DNA from: Promethearchaeota archaeon
GTDB taxonomy: Archaea > Asgardarchaeota > Lokiarchaeia > Sigyniarchaeales > SOKP01
NCBI GenBank assembly: GCA_008080735.1
Contig: SHMW01000089.1
Coordinates: 334 to 17,943, forward strand
DNA: 17,610 bases
Direction: 5' to 3'
Made by a program: the position numbers and the translations under genes
The notes under the pieces: model-generated
Told to the model about the DNA's origin: nothing
Seen by the model: only the letters and a program-made list of their open reading frames with translations
The model's database searches: none
Shown here: positions 9,683 through 16,834 of the stretch, in pieces
How positions within the stretch are numbered: position 1 is the first letter of the stretch
Layout of the letters: each line of letters begins with the position of its first letter

Positions 9683-10051
9683 TTTAAAGTCAAAATCACA
9701 AAAACAGCCTTGAAATATATTTATCGGGAACAAGGTAAAAAGCACAGAAGTAATAACGGTGAAAAACCTTCGATTGCGATCTTCTACCATGAAAGTTCTT
9801 CTTGAACTACCTTCTATTGTGGGAACATGGTAGAAATTGTTGACAAAAAGAAGATTTTAAGAGATTCTGAACCATTTATCCTCTGGGATGATGTCGACGG
9901 AAATCCTCCAATCGAAGTCTTTATAGAAAAAAAGGTTATAGATGAACTCGAACAAAAACGCGAATTACTAATTGATGCGGCGTTGGGAAAAGTTAAAGAT
10001 AAGGATTATGGTATGCTGTTTATTAAAAAGCAAGGAAATGTATATGGATAA
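9683..10051 (+). CDS. Putative HesB-like selenoprotein, paralog 1 (in-frame TGA 9803-9805 = Sec; start uncertain)
   Basis: The frame is open from 9662 to TAA 10049-10051 except for TGA at 9803: FKVKITKTALKYIYREQGKKHRSNNGEKPSIAIFYHESSS-U-TTFYCGNMVEIVDKK...EVFIEK...LLID...IKKQGNVYG. It aligns without gaps to paralog 2 across the TGA and has a SECIS-like hairpin right after the stop. Possible starts: TTG 9710, TTT 9683 (homologous to the paralog's TTG), or ATG 9669 via a -1 shift. Confidence 0.78.
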
Positions 10052-10091
10052 AAATGAACCGATCTTATAAATTCTAGAAGATGGGTGATTT
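10051..10091 (+). promoter_or_regulatory. SECIS-like element (eukaryote/Lokiarchaeota-type) in the 3' UTR of paralog 1
   Basis: ATGA(10054-57), stem ACCGATCTT/AAGATGGGT, apical ATAAATTCTAG, then GA(10087-88)TTT. This gives an AUGA/GA tandem G.A core with apical unpaired As. Confidence 0.8.
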
Positions 10092-10272
10092 GCGGTGCGT
10101 CCGTTATAAAAATCCATATGAATTATGGAATATAATTATAGGAACCTCTATCAATAATTTAGTAAACCACTTTTTATAACAGAATTTTATATTATAATCT
10201 GAATCTTTTATATGGATGGTAATTTTAAGTTAATAAACAAATAACTAAATATAATAAATTAGGGATATTAAA

Positions 10273-10623
10273 TTGAACGTTTCTCTTACGGATGATGCGA
10301 AACGATTAATTAAGGAACAGAGCGAAAAGATTCGTGAACGAGAACCTGTTGATGATATCGTTCTAGCAATTTATCAATATTCCAGCAGGTCTTGATCAGG
10401 GTATTTCTGTACCGATTTGGTTCAATTGGCAGATAAAAAAGATGTTCAAAAACATGGAAGTTTCATAGAGATGAAAGATATATCTAATAATGACGGATTT
10501 GAAGTGTATATTGAAAAGGACACTTTAGATTCATACAAATCATACAAGGATTTGTTAATTGACGGAGAAGAGATGGATCGCTTTGGTCAAAAAGTTGCTC
10601 GATTAACCTTAATTAAAAAATAA
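10273..10623 (+). CDS. Putative HesB-like selenoprotein, paralog 2 (116 aa; TTG start; TGA 10393-10395 = Sec41)
   Basis: TTG 10273 with AGGGA 7 nt upstream. MNVSLTDDAKRLIKEQSEKIREREPVDDIVLAIYQYSSRS-U-SGYFCTDLVQLADKK...FEVYIEK...LLIDG...LIKK*. HesB/IscA-like N-terminal V-x-L-T-x-x-A-x3-I pattern and EVYIE strand, plus a downstream SECIS-like hairpin. Confidence 0.85.
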
Positions 10624-10635
10624 ATCAACACTTTC

Positions 10636-10681
10636 AAAAATACGACCTAATCTTATAAATTATAGAAGATTAGTGATTTTT
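10636..10681 (+). promoter_or_regulatory. SECIS-like element in the 3' UTR of paralog 2
   Basis: AAAAAT, ACGA(10642-45), C, perfect 8-bp stem CTAATCTT/AAGATTAG, apical ATAAATTATAG, T, GA(10675-76), TTTTT. 10642-10679 matches 10054-10091 at 31/38 nt. Confidence 0.8.
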
Positions 10682-10699
10682 CGGGTTGCGCCCGTTTTT
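10682..10699 (+). terminator. Small GC hairpin plus T-run after SECIS 2 (terminator or 3'-end structure)
   Basis: CGGG-TTGCG-CCCG followed by TTTTT. A homologous CGG-TGCGT-CCG follows SECIS 1 at 10093-10103. Confidence 0.4.
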
Positions 10700-10775
10700 A
10701 AAATGTGGTTCTTTCACATTTCTTCTTTTGTTTTTTGTATAAATTCCGAAATGATAAAAAAATTCCATGGATTAA

Positions 10776-12695
10776 TTATTTTTGCTTATTTCGTATATAG
10801 GGGAGTTTCCCACCCGCTACTAGAATTTCTATAGACCGATCATCAAGAGAGTGAACTGCTATTAATTCGGACTTTTTTGTGCGATTTAGTATTTTAGCTT
10901 CACCAGTGTTAAAAGAGGATAAATCAATCTCCAAAGAATCATTTTGTTCAATTTTCTCATAATCGCTCTGATTTTTAAAAGTCAAGGGGACAATCCCAAA
11001 ATTCACTAAGTTGTCTAGATGAATTCGCGCAAATGATTTTGCTATAACCGCTTTGATTCCCAAATATTTAGGTGCGATTGCTGCATGTTCTCTACTTGAG
11101 CCTTGTCCATAGTTCTCGCCCCCCACAATAAATCCTCCATTCTTTTTCCGAGCCCGTTCAGAAAATCTGGGATCAACAGCATTAAATACATATTCGCTAA
11201 TAGCGGGGATATTGCTTCTCAAGGGGAGGATTTTGGCCCCCGCGGGCATTATATGATCGGTGGTAATATTATCCCCAACTTTTAGCAGTACAGTGCCCAC
11301 TAATGTCTCTTCTAACGGGGGAAAGGAAGGCAATGATTTGATATTAGGGCCTCTTATTATGGAAATATCGTGCTCCTCCTGTAAAGGCGGAACGATTAGA
11401 TTATCATTAATGATAAAGGTATCTGGTATATTAATTTCAACCTTTCCCTCACATTTTTGAGGATCGGTGATTTCTCCATGAATAGCAGAAACTGCAGCAG
11501 TTTCAGGACTGACTAGATAAATTTTTGCACTTTGCGTTCCCGAGCGACCCAAGAAATTCCGGTTAAAAGTTCGAATTGTGATCGCATCTGTCGGAGGGGC
11601 TTGCCCCATCCCTATACATGGTCCGCACGTGTTTTCTAAAATCCTTGCACCCGCCTCCACGAGATAATCCATCTCACCCGATTTTATCAGATGGTCTACT
11701 ACTTGGCGTGAACCTGGCGAGATTGTTAGATCGATTGATTCATCGATCGTATTTCCTTTAAGAATCTGCGAAACCATTTTAAGATCTCTTAGGCTTGAGT
11801 TTGTACAACTGCCGATACACACTTGATCTATTTTTATTCCCGCTACCTCACTTACAAATTTTACATTACCGGGACTGTGAGGTAAGGCTATGAGAGGGAC
11901 CAGCTCATCCAAATTAATCTTGATTATTTGATCATATTCCGCATCTGAGTCGGATTTGAGTTCTCTCCAGACCTCTGCTCTTCCTTGAGCTTCTAAAAAC
12001 TTTTTTGTAACTTCATCCGAAGGAAATATGGATGTAGTTGCCCCCGTTTCTGTTCCCATATTTGTTATAGTACCTCTTTCTGGAACGGATAATGTTTTCA
12101 CTCCAGGACCGCTGTATTCTAATATCTTATTTACAGCTCCTTTTACATCAATCCTACGTAAGATTTTGAGAATAATATCTTTTGCTGAAACAAAACTTCT
12201 CAATTTCCCAATCAACTCTACTTTAACTATCTTAGGTGTCTTTAAGTAAAATGGCTCTCCCGCCATCGCAGCAGCAACATCTAGCCCTCCCGCACCGATA
12301 GCGATCATCCCTATACCTCCACTTGTTGGTGTATGGCTGTCGCTTCCCAGAAGTGTTTTCCCTGGAGCAGAAAAGCGTTCTAAATGTATCTGGTGACATA
12401 TGCCATTTCCTGGTCGTGAAAAATATAATCCATATTTAGCCGCTATGCTCTTCAAATACCTATGATCGTCCGCATTTCTAAAATCTGTTTGTAAAGTATT
12501 ATGATCCACATAGCTAACCGAAAGATCAGTTTTAACTCGTGACACACCCATCTCCTCAAATTGAAGATAGGCCATCGTCCCAGTTGCGTCTTGTGTGAGG
12601 GTTTGATCTATTTTTATCCCAATTATTCCTTCGCGGTCAAAATTCCCATCAACAAGGTGTTCTTGCAGTATTTTTTCTGTGACTGTCTTTCCCAT
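10776..12695 (-). CDS. Aconitate hydratase (single-chain, about 640-aa aconitase-family [4Fe-4S] hydratase)
   Basis: QDATG, DHN, GICHQ, GSDSHT, the three cluster Cys in IGSCTN and CGPCIG, TFNRNF, and a fused C-terminal swivel domain with ITTDHI and GQGSSREHA. Confidence 0.9.
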   Translation of the reverse strand: MGKTVTEKILQEHLVDGNFDREGIIGIKIDQTLTQDATGTMAYLQFEEMGVSRVKTDLSVSYVDHNTLQTDFRNADDHRYLKSIAAKYGLYFSRPGNGICHQIHLERFSAPGKTLLGSDSHTPTSGGIGMIAIGAGGLDVAAAMAGEPFYLKTPKIVKVELIGKLRSFVSAKDIILKILRRIDVKGAVNKILEYSGPGVKTLSVPERGTITNMGTETGATTSIFPSDEVTKKFLEAQGRAEVWRELKSDSDAEYDQIIKINLDELVPLIALPHSPGNVKFVSEVAGIKIDQVCIGSCTNSSLRDLKMVSQILKGNTIDESIDLTISPGSRQVVDHLIKSGEMDYLVEAGARILENTCGPCIGMGQAPPTDAITIRTFNRNFLGRSGTQSAKIYLVSPETAAVSAIHGEITDPQKCEGKVEINIPDTFIINDNLIVPPLQEEHDISIIRGPNIKSLPSFPPLEETLVGTVLLKVGDNITTDHIMPAGAKILPLRSNIPAISEYVFNAVDPRFSERARKKNGGFIVGGENYGQGSSREHAAIAPKYLGIKAVIAKSFARIHLDNLVNFGIVPLTFKNQSDYEKIEQNDSLEIDLSSFNTGEAKILNRTKKSELIAVHSLDDRSIEILVAGGKLPYIRNKQK

Positions 12696-12919
12696 TGTAA
12701 TTCATCTAAAGATTTCTGTGAGTATTCAAATAAATCAGTAATCTAACTATTTTTTGTAAATATGAGCCAAGATTTTCAATAATTCAAATAGAAACTCGGC
12801 AAATAATTTAGTACAGCAAAAAATAAAAAATTTATAAGTATATGGTTTTTTATAAGAGTTAATCACATTTATCTAATAAAACTAAATCTACTAAAAATTT
12901 AATAACAGTGAACTAAAAT

Positions 12920-13405
12920 ATGAGAGCAGCGCGCGTATTTCGATGGATAGTGCGTATCTTTGTTCTGTTTCTTACCGTCTCAATGACTGTTCTGTCCGTT
13001 TTAGGAGGGCTTTCTGCTGTACAAATCTTAAATGATCCTAATAATGTACAAATTCCATCTGGATCTTTAGATTTTAACCTAACATCAACAGAACCATATA
13101 TTAACGTTCCATTTAGGATTACTAATGCTGGTTATTATGATCTAACTAATTTAACAATCAGTTTTAAAATAGAAATGGATAACGCAACAGAAGTCTCTCA
13201 AACGATCTATGATGATACAGAGAGTTTTGGTGATATATTACATGGGGAGACTTTAGATGGTAATTATAATGCCACAAACTTTATTACTACAGATTTTTAT
13301 TTTGATCCAACTTTTCTTGCTAATATCACGGTTTCCGCGTCTTATTCCTTAGATCTAATCTCCTTTGAAGTAAGATTAATTAATTTAAATGTAACTGAGC
13401 TTTGA
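12920..13405 (+). CDS. Membrane-anchored hypothetical protein with extracellular beta-rich (LEA2/Ig-like) domain
   Basis: N-terminal basic plus hydrophobic segment, then INVPFRITNAGYYDLTNLTISF and several sequons (NLT, NAT, NIT, NVT). Confidence 0.7.
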   Translation: MRAARVFRWIVRIFVLFLTVSMTVLSVLGGLSAVQILNDPNNVQIPSGSLDFNLTSTEPYINVPFRITNAGYYDLTNLTISFKIEMDNATEVSQTIYDDTESFGDILHGETLDGNYNATNFITTDFYFDPTFLANITVSASYSLDLISFEVRLINLNVTEL

Positions 13406-13410
13406 GGTGA
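13404..13410 (+). promoter_or_regulatory. Shine-Dalgarno GAGGTGA overlapping the upstream TGA stop
   Basis: TGAGGTGAtaatATG. Archaeal-type SD 4 nt before ATG 13415, consistent with an operon. Confidence 0.6.
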
Positions 13411-13414
13411 TAAT

Positions 13415-13897
13415 ATGGGAGCAAGAAAAAATATACTGAAAGGATTTTTGTTTATGTTGGGTTATGCGGGATTTACGATTATCGTACCATATCTTACCTT
13501 TTCATATATTAGGGATTTAACTATTGCTGGTATCGATTTAGGCCTAACTCAAGAGGGTTATAGAACAATCATCTTTTGGGTGGTCGCGTTTGGATTATTA
13601 ATAAGCGGTTTTGCCTTTTTTACTTATTCCTCACCGAAACAGTCGATCAGAAAAGGAGTTTTTGCGCTAATTCAAATTATCGTAAATTGTATGTATTTAT
13701 GGAGTTACAAATTTTCTGGGGCCACCACCGTTAATTTTGAGATAATTGCATATAACGGATTTGTTTCTATAAATCTTCAACAACTAATACTGGTCTACAT
13801 GGGGATCTATTTCTTAACTATCGCAATCAAAATCTATGATCTCGTCGATTTCACTATCAATAGAGATAAAATCAGAAAAATGAGGAGGGAAGATTAA
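13415..13897 (+). CDS. Hypothetical membrane protein, about 4 TM helices
   Basis: Four hydrophobic segments, SD site and basic C-terminus. Confidence 0.75.
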   Translation: MGARKNILKGFLFMLGYAGFTIIVPYLTFSYIRDLTIAGIDLGLTQEGYRTIIFWVVAFGLLISGFAFFTYSSPKQSIRKGVFALIQIIVNCMYLWSYKFSGATTVNFEIIAYNGFVSINLQQLILVYMGIYFLTIAIKIYDLVDFTINRDKIRKMRRED

Positions 13898-14266
13898 ATG
13901 TTATTACAAGCATTGGATTTTCTTCAGGTATTAGCTGATATTTTTGGTACGATCATTCTCTATTTGGGTCCGATTGTTAGCCCAATCGGAGAATTCATGG
14001 TATTATGGATTAATTATGTATTAGCTTTCTTCCCCACTGGAGATTGGACTATATATATCGTAATTTTTGTAATTCTAATCATCATTGCAATTGTTGTCAA
14101 TAGTTATTGGCCCGGAGATAAACCTTTAAAATCAGAGAAAGAAAAAAAGGGAAAAGATTTATCAGTGGATGAAAAAGAGCCCGAAATTGGTACAAGCGAA
14201 GATTTCGACATGGAAGATGATCTCGATTTTGAGTTGGACGAAGATCTATTACCAGAAGACGACTAA
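13898..14266 (+). CDS. Hypothetical membrane protein with acidic C-terminal tail
   Basis: Abuts the previous stop (TAA-ATG). Hydrophobic N-half, then a Lys/Glu linker and EDFDMEDDLDFELDEDLLPEDD. Confidence 0.72.
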   Translation: MLLQALDFLQVLADIFGTIILYLGPIVSPIGEFMVLWINYVLAFFPTGDWTIYIVIFVILIIIAIVVNSYWPGDKPLKSEKEKKGKDLSVDEKEPEIGTSEDFDMEDDLDFELDEDLLPEDD

Positions 14267-14318
14267 GAAAAAAAACAAAGAAAAATAAGAGAATTATTCA
14301 AAAATTTTCATTAACTTT

Positions 14319-14948
14319 TTATTTTTTCATCGTTTTAAGCAGATTTGCTATACGCTTACCTAAATTGTGTGCTACTATTCCCCCGAGCTCATCAGTTTCA
14401 TCCTTCCCTAAGAATTCTTTCCTGCCATACTTTTGGAGCGAGGTTATAGGTATATTTTGTTCTAAAACGGGATTTCCGAGCGCGCCGACCACTATCATAC
14501 CTTGGATAAGGCCAAAATTAATTATATCACTTATCACTCCTCCCGCTGCATCATTTCGAGTTCCAATCGCCACTAAAGGAGCACAAATCATATTTTTTAG
14601 TTGGTAGTTATTCATTTTCCAAGGTCGAGAACGGTCAATAATCACTTTGAGTTGAGTTGAAACACTTCCAAAATAACTGGGAGAGGCAATTAATAGGGCA
14701 TCAGAATCCAGTAAGGAATCTTCCAGCTGTGGCATATCATCATTCTCGGACAACGGACACTCATAAGGGTCTCGTAAACATTGATCGCACCCATTACAAG
14801 GGGTAATATTAAAATCTGCAGCGTAAATCTTGTTGATTTCAACATCATCCAGTTCGGATTTTACTCCTTCAATGGCTTTTTCAATTAGGAAATTGCAGCT
14901 TCTCTTTTTTCGAGGACTTCCTACAATAAAGGTTATTTTCGCTGTCAT
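14319..14948 (-). CDS. Iron-sulfur flavoprotein (Isf)/multimeric flavodoxin family protein
   Basis: GSPR, C-x2-C-x2-C-x6-C (CNGCDQCLRDPYEC), DDM, ASPSYFGSVS...K...DR. Start moved from TTG 14972 to ATG 14948 (MTAKITFIVGSPR). Confidence 0.88.
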   Translation of the reverse strand: MTAKITFIVGSPRKKRSCNFLIEKAIEGVKSELDDVEINKIYAADFNITPCNGCDQCLRDPYECPLSENDDMPQLEDSLLDSDALLIASPSYFGSVSTQLKVIIDRSRPWKMNNYQLKNMICAPLVAIGTRNDAAGGVISDIINFGLIQGMIVVGALGNPVLEQNIPITSLQKYGRKEFLGKDETDELGGIVAHNLGKRIANLLKTMKK

Positions 14949-15014
14949 ATTAGTGAAGAATTTAAGAAACAATTAAATTTTTCCCAATAAATTATAGTAA
15001 AAATACTATTAAAA

Positions 15015-15938
15015 TTACAATCCTCGATATCCTTCGGGTCGTAAAGTCTCTCGATGCGTGAGTCCATACTCAATCACGTCCAATATCTTCTTCTTATCCT
15101 GCTCAAGAACTCCTTTTATGGGAAGATAATTTGAAGCGTGGTTTGATCTAAATACGCAATGTGCGTTTTTATTCTGAAAATTAATATGCTCAATAAAAGT
15201 CTTTAGTTCCTTTAAAATTTGATCTGATGGCATCTCTTTAAATTCTCCTTGTTGTTTTTGTTTGAAGATTTCCGTTCCAGGAGGTACCATCAGGCTCAGA
15301 AATGCAATATACCAAGTCCGGTCGTCGTCTGGACAGATTTTATTTACCAAATCAGCAGACTCAATTGCGTGCTTGCGTGATAATTCTGGATGATTTGCAC
15401 CCCCTAACCCATTAATAAGCGTTGCTGAGAGAGTAATGTCTGCTTCAAATAGTTTTTTAGAAGCTTTAATATGATCTTCCTTTACCGCGTGTTTATGAAC
15501 TTGTTGTAGAAGTTTGTTATATCCTGATTCAAATCCGATATAGGCTATTTTTAATCCCGCTTCAGAGAGGGCCCTTAATTGTTCATCGGTCTTTTTAATA
15601 ATATCTTTTGAATGGGCATAGACCCCACATCGTTCTAAATTTGGAAATAAATCATTCGCATATTTAGTGACTTCAATTAACTTTTCAGCCGGTGTTACCA
15701 TCGCGTTTCCGTCTAGGAAAAATATCCTACTCACGCTGGGTCCGTACTGTGTCCTTGCAGCGTCAAGATCTTGTTTAACTTTTTTAATATCTCGTACCTT
15801 GAATTCCTTTCTTAAATTCGACATACAAAAATCGCATTTGAATGTACAACCTTCCGTAAGCTGGATTAATAATGAATGTGCTTCTGAAGGCGGGCGAAAT
15901 ACAGGACGACAGTAATAGATACTACCGTTATCAGACAT
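15015..15938 (-). CDS. Radical SAM protein of unknown substrate
   Basis: CxxxCxxC (CTFKCDFC) preceded by FRPPSEAHSLLIQLTEG, plus FFLDGNA, YIGFESG and FRSNHASNYL family motifs. Confidence 0.9.
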   Translation of the reverse strand: MSDNGSIYYCRPVFRPPSEAHSLLIQLTEGCTFKCDFCMSNLRKEFKVRDIKKVKQDLDAARTQYGPSVSRIFFLDGNAMVTPAEKLIEVTKYANDLFPNLERCGVYAHSKDIIKKTDEQLRALSEAGLKIAYIGFESGYNKLLQQVHKHAVKEDHIKASKKLFEADITLSATLINGLGGANHPELSRKHAIESADLVNKICPDDDRTWYIAFLSLMVPPGTEIFKQKQQGEFKEMPSDQILKELKTFIEHINFQNKNAHCVFRSNHASNYLPIKGVLEQDKKKILDVIEYGLTHRETLRPEGYRGL

Positions 15939-15944
15939 GTTAAA

Positions 15945-16634
15945 TTACTCTTCGTTAAATTCTTCTAAATCTATTTCTCCTTCCATATATAATTCTTCCT
16001 TTTCTTCATTCGCCTCTTCGGGTCTATCGTCACAATATGGCAGATGTCTACTTAATCGAATGTATTCTTTACCGCAATAGGGGCAGGGAATGGTATCCTT
16101 TTCTTCTTCCTTTTCTTTTTTCTTTTTTGATTTCCGAGTTCTTGTCGGAATGTAATCATCTAAATCTACATCTTCAGGGGCAAATTCACATTCAGCAACG
16201 TGAGTGGCAAGATTGTCAAACATTTCACCACAAAATGGACATTCTACTGCAAAATCTTCTGTCTCATCAATAGTTTTTCCAGTCTTTCTCTTTTCAAATC
16301 TTTCCGGAATCTCTTCTTCTTCCTCGAATTCATCTACAGAAAGATCTATCTCTTCTTCCTCTTCCATTGTCGCTACTTCTAATTTCTCAGCTTCTTGCTC
16401 TTTTATCAGCTTTTCTGCTTTAGTTTTACTCTCTTGATAAATTTCTGATATTTTATCATTGGATTGAGAATAGAGATCACATACTTGACATACATAAGCT
16501 TTTGTTCCTAATACTAAATCTCTTTCTTTACAATGTGCTAAGGGTTGTAAACTACTTGATACATTACCTACGGGTTCAAGATGTTTGCATGCATTTTTCC
16601 TTGAATATTTTAGCTTTTGTTTTCTACGGGGCAT
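15945..16634 (-). CDS. Acidic protein with two C2HC zinc fingers and an N-terminal Cys/His cluster
   Basis: CPFC-x9-H-x3-C and CPYC-x9-H-x3-C, N-terminal CKH...HC-x12-CQVC, Glu-rich linkers. Start moved to ATG 16634 (MPRRKQK), because the longer ORF-track extension looks like intergenic sequence. Confidence 0.8.
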   Translation of the reverse strand: MPRRKQKLKYSRKNACKHLEPVGNVSSSLQPLAHCKERDLVLGTKAYVCQVCDLYSQSNDKISEIYQESKTKAEKLIKEQEAEKLEVATMEEEEEIDLSVDEFEEEEEIPERFEKRKTGKTIDETEDFAVECPFCGEMFDNLATHVAECEFAPEDVDLDDYIPTRTRKSKKKKEKEEEKDTIPCPYCGKEYIRLSRHLPYCDDRPEEANEEKEELYMEGEIDLEEFNEE

Positions 16635-16834
16635 ATATGATATCACCAAAAAATAGTGATTATGAAAATGAAAGATAAAATAATAATTTTTGTGATAAAC
16701 GCAAGAAGTTTGGCACATTACAAACAAAACATTGGAATAATAAGGTAATAATTTAGATTAATTTTCATTCCATTATTTTTGTGCTTTTTCTAGTTCTAAT
16801 TCAAGTTTAAATAGGTTCAGTTTAATATTTATCT

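Noticed and set aside
9803-10395. TGA as Trp/Gly (genetic code 4/25) or as nonsense mutations in pseudogenes
   Set aside because: All long genes are intact under code 11, TGG is used for Trp, and TGA ends the 12920 ORF at an operon junction. Independent nonsense mutations at the same codon, each with a SECIS-like element, are implausible.
9827-10623. ORF-track calls 9827..10051 (74 aa) and 10417..10623 (68 aa) as complete genes
   Set aside because: Paralog similarity continues upstream through the aligned TGA codons, so these are truncated C-terminal portions.
10054-10679. Repeated 38-nt element as a CRISPR repeat or box C/D sRNA
   Set aside because: Only two copies, 588 nt apart with a gene between them, and no cas genes. 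It lacks full RUGAUGA/CUGA boxes and guide regions. Its position after UGA-containing genes fits SECIS better.
16635-16727. N-terminal extension (MFVMCQTSCVYH...) of the zinc-finger ORF
   Set aside because: AT-rich and intergenic-like with a TTG start. ATG 16634 is the more plausible start.
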